From assembly GCA_951406725.2 (NCBI GenBank), contig OX597821.1:13578001-13642000 (forward strand): a DNA stretch of 64,000 nt, written 5' to 3'. Within the stretch, counting starts at the first letter, position 1; the number at the start of each line of letters is the position of its first letter. Origin of the DNA: Octopus vulgaris (Eukaryota). The notes beneath the pieces were generated by a model, which searched no databases, had not been told where the DNA came from, and worked only from the letters and a program-made list of their open reading frames with translations. The translations under genes were made by a program, and so were the position numbers. Below are positions 28,875 to 42,783 of this stretch, piece after piece.

Positions 28875-29740
28875 AATAATAATAATAATAATAATAATAA
28901 TCCTTTCTATTATAGGCACAGGCCTGAAATTTTGGAGGAGAGGCCTAGTCGATTACATCGACTCCGTAAGAATAAAAGACGATGTCAATCTAGGCAGCGT
29001 TTGAGCTCAGAAAGAAAAGAATTGGAAGAAATGCTACTAAGCCAGTAATGTTGAGGGGAGGGGCGATAAGTCGACTGCGACGACTCCAAAACTTTATTCG
29101 TACTTCATTTTACCGAACGCGAAAAGATGAAAGGCAGATTTCACGCATGACGTGAACTCGGAGCACAACGAGCCGGGAAAAATACTGCAAGATATTTCTC
29201 CCAGCGCTCTAGTGTGTGTGCGTGTGTGTGTGTGTTTGTGTGTGTGTGTTTGTGTATGTGTGTGCGTGTGTGCGTATGTGTGTGTGTGTGTGTAATTATG
29301 GTGTACTATTTCGTGAAGCAAAAATATATAAACACTTTAAATATGTACAGTCGCGTATATCGACAGACAGACAGACCGACAGATAGACAGGCAGACAGAT
29401 AGATGGATAGAGAGATTAGATATAAATATACACATATATATTTATACGCATATATATACGTACATATATATATATACATATATATGTGTGTATATATATA
29501 TGTGTGTATATGTATATATATATATATGTATATATATATATAACTACAAAATTAGAGAATGGAGAAACATACTTAAATCAATAAAACATCAACTATCCGA
29601 TGATACTCAATCCATACTTTAATACACCATTACATAGGAGTAAAGGCAATATATAAAATGAAATGAGATATACAGTAATAGTAAAAGTAAAAAGATAAAG
29701 AGATATAAGTAAAAAATTACAAATACAATATGCAAATAAA

Positions 29741-29860
29741 TCAAAACTGACAGCTGTTTCGGCAGTGAGGACAGTCATACCTCATTTAACCTGTAAGCCA
29801 TAAAGGCAGGTATAAATGAGGCATTAACAAAGATGCCCCACGGCCTCTTCAGAGAATTAA
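29741..29860 (-). ncRNA. Type I hammerhead ribozyme with extended stem II
   Basis: Minus strand: TTAATTCT-CTGAAGA-GGCCGTGGGG..TGCCTCATTTA.ACCTG..CAGGT-TAAATGAGGTA..CCTCACTGCC-GAAAC-AGCT-GTC-AGTTTTGA. Intact core and palindromic stem III; predicted cut between 29749 and 29748. Confidence 0.8.
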
Positions 29861-31959
29861 ATTAAATTTGTTATAATAGTGAAAAATATTATATAATCAT
29901 ATACATATAAATATAAAAATATAAAAAAGTAAAATATAAAAACTTATACATCATAATGCTACACTTGTATAATATAATACATATTTGTACAAAAAGGAAG
30001 GTAACCAGAACAAAATAAAACAAAATATATAACAGTGTATATATAATATTAATAAGTACCGATATCATACATATTTAGCTAATAGTTTTTTTTATACAAA
30101 AAGGGGCTAACACATATGGAGATGAAAAATAATAATAATTAAATCCGTGGTACAGTTCATAAAATTCTAAAGCTATAAAAGTTAATAAAAATTACTATTA
30201 ATAATAATAATAATAATAATAATAAAAATAGTAATAATAATAAAAAATAATAAAAATAGATACAGTTAAGTTATCACCAAGTCCATCCTTCCAAGATCGA
30301 AATAACTATGAGTTAAGAAATGCTGACCACTAGGTAAAGAAAATTTAGATTAATTCGATTGGCTATTGGTTTGAAATTTAAATCACAAAAGAAAATTATA
30401 CGGTTGGTTAGTCAGGGAACGCCAATATTCACACACGCATCTACAGATCAATCGCACATACACACATAGTTATATGTATATACATACACTTGTACATATA
30501 CATAATCATAAGCAACAACTAACACTTAGATAAACAAATAGGGAAGCAACCATGCTAACACTAAGTCCTTCAAAATTATAACTGAGCCTCAATAACAAAA
30601 AAAGAACCATCCATGCATTCTATAAAATATTTAATTAAGATATAAATGTATTTTTAAATATCAGTATGTTACTAATTCAGATAATTATTTCATGGGTAAC
30701 TTAAAATTTGTAACACCGGTTTGTTGCAGAGTAAACATACGGTTGTTAGGTTTATCGTAAGTTTGTTATGATTTAAAGTACGCTAAATTATAAAATATAA
30801 AATATAAAATATATTAATTTAGATATTATAAATAAGTCACTTATTAACTTAATAAATATAGTGCCAAAATATACCAGTTTAGGCAATAAAAAATAGAGGG
30901 GGAAGTATTAATGTAAACGCTTATGAGAACATCACAGAAATTTTAAATAAATTTTATATTATAAAGACTTAATATGAAAAGAGATAAAATAAATAAAAGG
31001 AATAAATACGAAGGAATAAATACGGTTATACACATAATTATAAGTACAAACTAGTATATATGTATTCATATATTATTAAAATAAATAAAAATAAATGATA
31101 GATATGTATGTATAAAACTACACCAGTATAAGTAAATAAGTAAAGAATAAATAGGTAACAAATTAAATGACTTGATATGTATGTAAACATCCACACTTAA
31201 ATAGGCAAATAAATAAATAAATAGAAGACTAGATGCAAATATTGATAATATTACAATAAAATGGGAAATAAATAAAAATAAATAAAGTGAATATATATAT
31301 TTTATATTGTTGAAAGTAAATATGTATGGAAGGATAGTTTAAAGTACAGATCCAGAGGACTATAGATATAAACTAAATATATGAGGCTGGTAACAATTAT
31401 AAAGCAAAATGCATGTAAATGAGAAAATGAAAAAAATGAAAAAGGTTTATCAGTGAATAACATAAGATACAAATTAAGGTGAGTACAAAAAGACCAAATA
31501 TATAATAAAAACCTTCCAAATCAGCACATACAAAAAAACCCATAATCTCAACCTAAACCCACCAAACTCACAAAAGGCTCTCATATATTACATATTATAC
31601 AATATCATTACATTATCCAGAGCTAGGTATCTAACCAAGATATACATATATACTTTGCAATATACTATGCAATATTGGAAAACTTCAAAAATCACACATT
31701 ACAAGGCAAATACCAAAATGAATATGTTATTTTATGTCATATTGCATTTCTCTTAAAAAAAACAAACAAAAACCCACATACAAAAACCAAGAAACCAATA
31801 ATACTAGACACATCCAATTAGTTATTATACAAATGTAGCTATAAAAATTATAAAATTATGAAATTTATAAATTGTATACTTTAGAATTATAGAAGACCAC
31901 AGGTATATTTAGTTAAAGAAGGGAATTAAAAAAATTGATAATAGTGGAAGTGCTAAGTT

Positions 31960-32310
31960 CTATTTGAATCTAGAAAAGGTGAACGGTAGCCTATGAATAC
32001 AAAAGAAGCTTTTCTCATTAATGTTATTAATAATTTGCCGACCCGCTTTAATAATGAAGAAAATTTCATTAATACATAGAGAGCATTTTTTATTTTTTCC
32101 ATTATACACAGGTGCTGAAGTTAGTATTTTCCAGTTTAATCTAAAATCTAAGTTCTTACTTTTAAGTTCCCAAATATATGCACTTAGCCCTGTAGAGTAC
32201 ATTCTATTTTTATTCCTAAAAGTATATCTATGATAATTCCATCTTTGTTTTATGCTATTCATAGTTGCCCCGATATACACTCTACTACTCAATTGTGTAT
32301 CTACAGTGCA
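31960..32310 (-). pseudogene. Penelope-like GIY-YIG endonuclease domain (C-terminal fragment)
   Basis: CTVDTQLSSRVYIGAT..KQRWNYH..F....TGLSAYIWELK....LNWKIL....Y....CSLC..E......INN..E...CIH. The YIG motif, conserved R/H/E/N positions and a CxxC..CxH tail are present. It is truncated at the GIY half by (TA)n. Confidence 0.88.
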
Positions 32311-32311
32311 T

Positions 32312-32343
<32 letters not shown>

Positions 32344-32382
32344 TATAGGGATATATATATATATATATACATACATACATAT

Positions 32383-32477
<95 letters not shown>

Positions 32478-33167
32478 AATAGATACAGATATATACATAT
32501 ACATGTATATATATGTATGTGTATATATATATAAATACATGTGTGTGTATATATAAATGAATGAATATATGTATGTATGTATGCATGCATGTATGTATGT
32601 ATGTACGTATTTACGTATGCATGTATGTATGGACGCATGTGGATTTATTTATAAAGAATTATATACATATTACATACATACATGCATAATTACATACATA
32701 CATATATTCATACATCAATATAAATATATATATATATACATACATGTATATTTGATCTATCAGCGTGTGTATCAGAGATCATTTATGCCTTATTCATTCA
32801 TTTGCCCATTCAACTATTATCCAAGAAAACAATCAGTGATATGTTAAAAAGCAATACAATAAATTATACAACAAGAAAAAAAAAGTGGGGGGAGCAAAAC
32901 AGAAAATAAAAATAATAAATTCTGAGAAACGACGTGTAGCGAAAAAGTTAAATAAAAGTACAGGGAAATAAGTTGAATATGGTTGATGGGTTGAAGCCAG
33001 GAGAATTCATTTTTCAGTCTGATATCCGCCATCTTTGTGTTGCCACAAGTGATTTATTTTCTGTTGTTTCACCTTAAGCGAATAAATATACATACATGCA
33101 TATACTTACTAACTTATGTATGTATGTAGGTATATGTATATATATATATATCTACGTACATACATAC

Positions 33168-33198
<31 letters not shown>

Positions 33199-33232
33199 CC
33201 TACGTACATACATATATATATAGATAGATAGG

Positions 33233-33286
<54 letters not shown>

Positions 33287-33814
33287 TAAGTACATGTGCA
33301 TAAGTACATGTACTTATTTGGGTGCATATGTATTAAGTTGTATGACGATACATATACACTTATATGCCCGTATTTACAAACATGTACCTATATATATGTG
33401 TTTATGTGTGTCTGCGTGGGTGTAGATACTTAATTAAACAGCCAGACTTCAGTGTCTCGTTTCATTCATTGGAATTAGGTAGTTCGTTCCAAGTTTAAAT
33501 GACACTGCGGTTGACTTCGTTTTTCATCCTTTCTGGGTCAGATAAAAATAAGTACCACTTGAGTACTGGAGTCGATGTAATCGACTTAACACTTATCCGA
33601 ACTTGCTGGCCTTGTGCCAAAATTTGAAATCAATATTTATTGCAGAATCTTGAATCCTTTTAATTTTTGATGCTATTAATCTAGCTTTTCTTTTTTTTTT
33701 TTTTGGTGGAGGGTGTCTTTTTTTTTTTTTCGTCTTTATTCTCGGAAGATTTTCCAGCGCCAAACAACCTTGTAGACTCTCTGCCTGTATAACGGTATAA
33801 CATACCCAACTTGA

Positions 33815-34205
33815 GATAGCTTTTCCTAGGCCACCTTTTTTGCAACACTCCATACAATTACCATTCTATCAAATATGGCGGTGATTATTCCATATTTCTG
33901 CCTAGTTATTCCATATCCTTTTTTGTATTTTTTTTTTTTTTTTGTATAACACTAAACTTGAAATCTCTACGTTTTATACCAGATTTGCTTTTAGAGTCCA
34001 ACACTCAAGTCTATACGTATGAAAATCTTCCCTCGGGTACCTCTTTTTCAAGACTACACACAATTTCCATTCGATCAAATACAACTGTGATTATTCCATA
34101 TTTCTGCCTAGTTACTGCATAGCATTTTTTGTATAACAAATTTGAACTCACTACGTTTTCTCCCAAATTGTTTTGGGAGTCCAACACTAAAATTCGTACA
34201 TCGCT
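33815..34205. repeat. Diverged two-unit tandem repeat (~205-bp period)
   Basis: GTGATTATTCCATATTTCTGCCTAGTTA and GAGTCCAACACT each recur about 205 bp apart. Confidence 0.8.
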
Positions 34206-34835
34206 ACAGCAAATATCAAAGTGCGAAGCAATTTCAAATTTATCTTTATTTATTGATTTTTCTAAATCCACTTTAGTGAGATAACAGCAAATATGCTATA
34301 GTAAGTCTTCTGTTTATCTCTTTCCTGTCACCAAGCTCATTTGTAATTATGCTTCCAAGATAGTTAAACGCGTACACCGCTATGGTTGCTTCATTAGCAA
34401 TAATTATAGCATTGCTGTTCCCGTGTCGTCAATAATTAAGACAGATTTGTTTCTTTCTTTCTTTTCATTTTTTGCGATTTTACCTCTTACCGTAATGTTT
34501 ATTTCGTATTTAAAGACTAAACACAGTTGCCGTTCATTTTAGCATGTGTGTGGATATATGCGTGGAAGGATGTATGAATGTGTGCGTGTGTGTGTGTGTG
34601 TATATGAACATTTATGTATATATATATACAGAAATATATTTACAAACACAGATGCACATGCACACACGCACACACACACATAGGTGAGTGTATGTGTGTA
34701 TATGTAAATATATACTTACATACATATATATGTGTATGTGTTTGTGTGTATCTATACGTATGTCTGCATATATGTGTGTATATATATATACATGTAAACA
34801 TATATACACACATATATATATATATATATATATAC

Positions 34836-34875
<40 letters not shown>

Positions 34876-35686
34876 GGCACATACACTCTTTACTATAATT
34901 TGTAAAAATCAAAAATTTATGTTGTATGGTATTTGATTTATCTGTACCTGTCTTCAGTGCTACATACTTGCAACAGGTCAGTTTGAGTTATTTCCCTTTG
35001 CTCATTTTATTTAGATTATGCAACTCACCTAAGTCATAAATGCGATCTACTCTTTCTGCATATGTCTATGTCCCTCGGCTGCTGGAGATATATCAGAAAA
35101 TTTGCCGTGCTGATGACGCTTATTGAGGCAGAAACAAAACTCCCCGATTGTCTTCTGTTCATCACAAAATAAGACTGTCCTTTTCTTTAATGTCAACGTT
35201 GGAGAATTATTGCATCTTGAGATTGTCTCATCTTCCCACATGGAGGTATCCTCACTTACCACATTTGGCGAGATGCATCCTCTAGAGGTGGGGATAATTT
35301 TTAAAAAGTGAAGAATTCATGTTGTAGATTATTTGGTATACCTGTATTTGTCCATGCTCTACATATACATACTATTGGCCACTCTCAGTTATTTCTTTTA
35401 GCTCATATTTCTTCAAAGTACGCTTAACTGTACATATACGTACATACATACATATTCCTTTATGTGTTTCAGTCATTAGATTGCGGTCATGCTGCAGTAC
35501 CACCTTCTAGAATTTTATTTCTAAAGCTTGGAACTTGTACTATCGCTCACTTTTGACAAGCCGTTAAGTTATGGGGGGTGGGCGTAAACACACCGACGCC
35601 AGTTGTGAAGCGGTGGTGGGCGAAAAACACATACACAAGCACATATATACACACGTACACACCCAAGCAAATATACATGCATATGT

Positions 35687-35749
<63 letters not shown>

Positions 35750-35774
35750 TTGTATTTATGTGCTATCTGAGTAT

Positions 35775-35833
35775 ATTCCACTGAGGAAGGTGGAGTATTT
35801 CTTATACAGATCCAGAAATCCGGGATCTGGAAT
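35775..35833 (+). ncRNA. Minimal type I hammerhead ribozyme
   Basis: ATTCCA-CTGAGGA-agg-TGGA GTAT..ATAC..TCCA-GAAA-TC cgg GA-TC-TGGAAT. Perfect 6-bp stem I, intact core and AUC triplet (cut after 35827); the base of stem II is imperfect. Confidence 0.72.
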
Positions 35834-35899
35834 TATCCAGTAATTTTTTGCTAGTTTATTTTGTTTCTTTGTCTTCTCTCCTGGTGCTGTATATGAACA

Positions 35900-36050
35900 T
35901 ATAATGTGGTTTAAGAGTCAATGTTTGACTGCTATTTCCAGCGTGGTGGTATCTCTTAGATACCCAAAATTATAATTTTAATAATAATTATTACCTTTGA
36001 AGGTTTTTATTCCCATGCTGGCCACCTGATAAGATCAGTAACGATCTTAT

Positions 36051-36055
<5 letters not shown>
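35900..36055 (-). mobile_element. Short (TA)n-associated structured repeat, homolog of 45365..45530
   Basis: The reverse complement aligns with 45365..45530 (GGATAAGATCGTTA..GGTATCTAAGAGATACCACCACG..GAAATAGCAG). Confidence 0.75.
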
Positions 36056-36128
<73 letters not shown>

Positions 36129-36429
36129 TGCGCCGCACAACCATGTATATATGCATAGGCATGTACTGGTTGAGGCCCTGAAATATATTTGCTTAGATAA
36201 ATGCTCAAACTTGATACGGACCATTTAAGAAAGTAAATATTCAACGTTTTAAGCCGTCTACTTACCCACCACTTTAAATGTAACACATTTTCAAGTGTTG
36301 ACATAAATGATAATCTTGATAATACTAATGACGACTACGACGATAATGATGTTGCTGATGATGATGATGATGATGGTGGTTGTGCCGGTGGTGGTGGTGA
36401 TATTATTATTATTATTATTATTATTATTA

Positions 36430-36494
<65 letters not shown>

Positions 36495-36666
36495 AATAAT
36501 AATAATAATGATAATGATGATGATGTTGATAATAATAATAATAATAATGATGATGATGATGTTGATAATAATGATGATAATAATAATGATGATGGTGATG
36601 ATAATGATGATAATGATGATGATAATGATAATAATAATGTTGATAATGATGATGATGATGATAATG

Positions 36667-36699
<33 letters not shown>

Positions 36700-36704
36700 T
36701 GATA

Positions 36705-36793
<89 letters not shown>

Positions 36794-36801
36794 TAATAAT
36801 G

Positions 36802-36869
<68 letters not shown>

Positions 36870-37521
36870 TGTTGAGTCATTAGTGTTTTCAATTTTGTTA
36901 ATGACTCTAATAGATCTCACACTTAACTACGCCTTAAATTGCTTCATCAATTTTTGTTAGTCTTATATGCTTTAGACATCTTCATTTCTTGCATCACCAT
37001 CTCCTCCCATCACCTTCACTTCCCTCATCATTCTCACTATCTTTCCCCTTACTCTTCTTCTCCTTCGCCATTCTTTCTTCCTCCTCTCCCACTCCTTCCT
37101 TCTGCTGCTCATCTCTCCAAACCTCACGCGTTCGCCACTAACGTCTCTTTCTACCTTCCCCTTTCCTCATCAGTTGCATCCTTCCCTTCTTCCTCTTCCA
37201 GCTCCTTTTTCCTCCAACTACTTACAGATGGCAAATCATTGAAGTTCTCTTTAGTTGAAGCACATAGATTCTATATCAAACGTTCTGTTTTTGGTCCTCA
37301 CCCAGATTATTAGAAACTTTGCCGCCGCCGCCACCACCAACATCACCAACTAGAAAGCCAACACCACAACAGCCACTAGATTGATGACTATAACAACAGC
37401 TTCTATACGCATGTCCATGTAGAAAATGACATTGTACATACACCTGTTTGCGTATTATGCGTTTGCATACATACATGTGTGTATCTGTGTATGTATGTAT
37501 TTCCATACATATATACACCAA

Positions 37522-37925
37522 GGCGCGGGAGTGGCTCTGTGGTAAGTAGCCTGCTTATCAGCCACATGGTTCCGGGTACAGTCCCACTGCGTGGCATCTT
37601 GGGCAAGTGTCTTCTACTATAGCCTCGGGTCGACCAAAGACTTGTGAATGGATTTCGTAGAGGGAAACTGAAAGAAGCCCGTCGTATATATGTATATATG
37701 TGTGTGTGTATGTTTGTGTGTGTGTGTGTGTGCTTGTGTGTCTGTGTTTGTCCCTCTAGCATTGCTTGTTTATGTCCCCTTCAACTAGCGGTTCGGCATA
37801 AGAGACCGATAGAATGAGTACTAGGCTTACAAAGAATAAGTCTTGGGGTCGATTTGCTCGACTAAAGGCGGTGCTCCAGCATGGCCGCAGTCAAATGACT
37901 GAAACAAGTAAAAGAGTAAAAGAGT
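37522..37925 (+). mobile_element. SINE family A, near full length
   Basis: GGCGCGGGAGTGGCTCTGTGG...TGACTGAAACAAGTAAAAGAG. Confidence 0.9.
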
Positions 37926-37946
37926 ATACATACATACATACATACA

Positions 37947-37978
<32 letters not shown>

Positions 37979-38371
37979 CATATTCATATACATATATCGG
38001 GCTGTTTTCGACTTTTTCTTAACAGGGATTTTTCAACATAAATTTACATGGTATTATTATTATAGCGTTATATCTAGTTTGAGACCAATTTTCCATAAAG
38101 TATATTATGCAAGTATGTGTGTGTGTGTGTGTATGTGTGTGTGTGTGTGTGTGTGATGTGTGTGCGCGCGCGTAGTCAATTCAAATAAACAATCAATTGA
38201 AGAAAAGGAATAAGAAAAATTAACGGACCAGAGGACGTTCACGAAGAATGAATAAGCTTGACGCTCGGTGAAAAGAAGGAGTTCGACGTTTCGATCATGG
38301 CTTTTCGTTGGAAAGAAGAAAGGGAAAAGTTCAAAGAGGGGAAAAAATATCGCTAACAGCACGTATGTGGT

Positions 38372-38442
<71 letters not shown>

Positions 38443-38447
<5 letters not shown>

Positions 38448-38772
38448 ATGGAGCTGAACGACGAATTAACAAAATTCCTTTATTTTCGACATATGTTTCG
38501 AAAGCGGCATAATGTACTCCTTATTCCTTCGCAATTAGGAATATGCAGCCTTCGAAACATATGTCGAAAATAAAGGAATTTTGTTAATTCGTCGTTCAGC
38601 TCCATTCTTTCATATGTTTATATTTTTTAAATAAACATACAAATTTCCACACGAAAGCACGTAATCTATGCCCTAGGCACGTAACTTCAACCGGGTTTTT
38701 TCTGATGTGAATTTGCTACCCAGGTATCGGTAAATTCGAATTATCCTTAATAAGATAATTCATTCAACTACT

Positions 38773-38777
<5 letters not shown>
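38443..38777 (+). mobile_element. Penelope-like terminal fragment with a perfect 60-bp inverted repeat centred on a hammerhead stem II
   Basis: Arms 38443..38502 and 38551..38610 each contain CGAAAC-ATAT-GTC in opposite orientations. (TA)n on both sides. Confidence 0.7.
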
Positions 38778-38824
<47 letters not shown>

Positions 38825-38859
38825 GCATATATTTACACACACACATACATATAAACACG

Positions 38860-40291
38860 CACATACATACATTCATACATACATAAACACACACATACCT
38901 ACATACATATACACATACATACATACATGCATACATACATACATGCATACATACATACATACATACATACATACATACATGCATACATACATACATACAT
39001 GCATACATACATGCATGCATACATACATACATGCATACATACACACACACATACATACATACATACATGCATACATGCATGCATACATACATGTATGCAT
39101 ACATACATGCATACATACATGCATACATACATGCATACATACATGCATTTATGCATACATGCATGCATACATACATACATGCATGCATGCATACATACAT
39201 ACATACATACATACATGCATGTATGCATACATACATACATATATACATGCATTCATACATACATACATACATGCATGCATGCATACATACATACATACAT
39301 ACATTCATACATGCATACATACATACATACATGCATACATACAATCATACATGCCTACATACATACACACATACATACATACATGCATACATACATACAA
39401 ACATACATACATGCATACATACATACATGTATGCATACATACATGCATGCATGTATACATACATGCATACATATATATATACATGCATGCATACATGCAT
39501 TCATGCATACATGCATACATACATGCATGCATGCATACATACATACATGCATGCATGCATACATACATACATACATACATGCATACATACATACATGCAT
39601 GCATACATACATGCATGCCTGCATACATACATGCATACATACATGCATACATACATGCATTCATGCATGCATGCATGCATGCATACATACATACATACAT
39701 ACATACATACATGCATGCATGCATGCATACATACATGCATACATACATACATACATGCATTCATACATACATACATACATGCATATATACATGCATGCAT
39801 ACATACATACATGCATACATACATACATGCATGCATGCATACATACATACATACATACATGCATACATACATGCATGCATACATACATACATACATACAT
39901 GCATACATACATGCATACATGCATGCATACATACATACATACATACATTCATACATGCATACATACATACATACATACATACATACATACAAACATACAT
40001 ACATGCATACATACAAACATACATGCATACATACATACACACATACATACATACATGCATACATACATACACACATACATACATACATGCATACATACAT
40101 ACACACATACATACATACATGCATACATACAAACATACATATATGCATACATACATACATACATGCATGCATACATACATGCATGTATGCATACATACAT
40201 GCATACATACATACATGCATACTTACATGCATTCATGCATACATGCATGTATGCATACATACATGCATACATACATACATGCATACATACA

Positions 40292-40325
<34 letters not shown>

Positions 40326-40335
40326 CATGCATTCA
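38860..40335. repeat. ~1.5-kb (CATA/CATG)n array
   Basis: Read directly. Confidence 0.95.
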
Positions 40336-41755
40336 TGCGTACGCACGCACACATGAAGTCACTGTAGACAAAGAATGACATTACTAACGATCAGTTAGTC
40401 TTGCTGCAGAAGAATATTTTCGTTTAAAACTTTAGCTAAAATGAAAGACTACGACCAGAAACCTCGGGGACAATGTTCCTATTTCTTTACAGTATTCTTC
40501 ATTTTTTCCAAATGACCGAAGTCTCGTGCTATCTTATCTCATTGTTCACACCTTATAATGATCTTGTTTGTCACAGCTGTCGCTTCCGTTTTCCTTTTCT
40601 ATTTACTATTCATCCTTTGACACATGATGAGTGGAAGGCAGAATCGTTAAGACGTTATACAAAACGCATAACGACGTTTATTTCAGCACTTTACCTTCTA
40701 CGTTCCGAGTTAAAATACAACCGAGGTTGACTTCGTCATTCATCCTTTCGGCTCGATAAAATAAGCAGAAGTTGTTGACAGAATTCCATGTAAATCACCT
40801 TGGGCCCTCCCCTCTAAATTGTTGGCCTTATGCTAACATTGTTGTTGCAATTGTTTAACACTGGGTCAAATATGGCCGAGCACATCTACGATTCAAGGTG
40901 TTTCAGCCTTGACCATTACGTCTTTTTGCATAAAACCATTTCTAACTGAAACAGGTTAGAAATTCTAGGGAAGGGGAGTACTTGTTTATATCTACACCAA
41001 ATCGAGAGAAGATACTTGCTCGGGTAGTTAGGGTTTTACCCTGCAGATTGTAGCATTGGTGTTTCGATTCCCGGACCGGACGGCGTGTTGTGTTCTTGAG
41101 CAAAACACCTCTTTCATTGTTGCTCCACTCCACTCGGCAGTAAATTAGGTCCAGCATTTACAAGGAAATTAACTCTGCAAAAGAATGATGTCCCGTTGAG
41201 GAACGGGGATTTTTATGTGTATGCACATCTGTGTGTGTGTATAGTGTGTGTATGTATGTATGTATGTATGTATGTATGTATGTATGTATGTATGTATGTA
41301 TGTATGTATGTATGTATGTGTGTGTGTGTGTATGTATGTTTATACTTTTATTCTTTTATTTTACTGGTTTCAGTCATTTGAATGCAGCCATGCTGGAGCA
41401 CCGCCTTTAGTCGAGCGAATCGACCACAGGACTTATTCTTCGTAAGCCTGGTACTTATTCTATCGGTCTCTTTTGCCGAACTGGTATATTCCTCTTTTTC
41501 TTCTTCTTCTTCTTCTTCTTCTTCTTCTTCTTCTTCTTCTTCTTCTTCTTCTTCTTCTTCTTCTTCTTCTTCTTCTTCTCGTTCTTCCTCTCTTTCTTCT
41601 TCTTCTTCTTCTTCTTCTTCTTCTTCTTCTTCTTCTTCTTCTTCTTCTTCTTCTTCTTCTTCTTCTTCTTCTCCTCATCCTCCTCCTCCTCCTCCTTCTT
41701 CTTCTTCTTCTTCTTCTCCTCCTCCTCCTCCTCCTTCTTCTTCTTCTTCTTCTTC

Positions 41756-41821
<66 letters not shown>

Positions 41822-41841
41822 TTATTATTATTATTATTATT

Positions 41842-42395
41842 GAGTGAGCGAGCAGAGCATGCCATCAAAGTGACACTGGGGTAAAATATACGAAGCCCAG
41901 TATACCCATCATGACTACCCGTCTGATAAGGGTACACCAGGCACATGCATCACAACCATATGTGCGCGACATGGTGATCTCATATCAAGATAAACAGCAC
42001 ATGACCTTGCAGGTGGAGCCCAGTTAGAATTTTCTTCAGATCGAGTAACCCATCCCACTCAAAAGGTCCCTGAATAAGGGTTGTTTAAGGACGTTGAACG
42101 AAACACCCATGTTTCCAGAGGTGAATTATTCAAACCCCAAAGAATCCTTCTCAACACATGGCTATGATGCTCCCCCACTACTTCTGCTCGTGATCAGAGA
42201 TGCACATATCGCCAGCCACTAAGGGACATGCTCAACTGGTTATGGTCAAACAACTGACAAGCAAATCTGTGGTATTGAGCAGAATATTTGCTGTAGCCCA
42301 TCTTTTATACCAAGACAAAACAATGTACATGATAACACTTCCAATCAGTTAAGATCAGAAGCCATGAGAGCCACTGCCTGGTACTGCATCAGGGC

Positions 42396-42399
<4 letters not shown>
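41842..42399 (-). mobile_element. Full-length ~557-bp non-coding (TAA)n-targeted element
   Basis: Reverse complement of 28317..28874. Flanked by (TTA)n on the plus strand, so it keeps the same orientation relative to the repeat. Confidence 0.9.
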
Positions 42400-42463
<64 letters not shown>

Positions 42464-42560
42464 CGACGGGCTAGCAGAATCGGTAACACGCCGGACAAAA
42501 TGCTCTGCAGCATTTCATCCGTCTCTATTTTCTGACTTCAAATCCCGCCAAAGTCGATAA

Positions 42561-42593
<33 letters not shown>

Positions 42594-42658
42594 CAGCAGT
42601 AGTAGTAGTAGTAATAGTAGTAGTAGTGGTAGTAGTTGTAGTAGTAGTAGTAGTAGTG

Positions 42659-42708
<50 letters not shown>

Positions 42709-42709
42709 G

Positions 42710-42783
<74 letters not shown>

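Larger units (their letters stand above)
29543..32312 (-). mobile_element. 5'-truncated Penelope-like element: GIY-YIG end, long AT-rich 3' region, hammerhead ribozyme
   Basis: The GIY-YIG ORF remnant and the hammerhead lie on the same strand, joined by microsatellite-poor, strand-biased sequence, with (TA)n at both borders. That this is one element is an inference. Confidence 0.7.

Noticed and set aside
28770-29048. MCLVYPYQT.. ORF recurring at 41455..41946
   Set aside because: The recurrence reflects copies of the same non-coding element, and the frame runs into microsatellite.
33027-33036. YY1-like motif CCGCCATCTT
   Set aside because: It is a single short match with no other promoter evidence.
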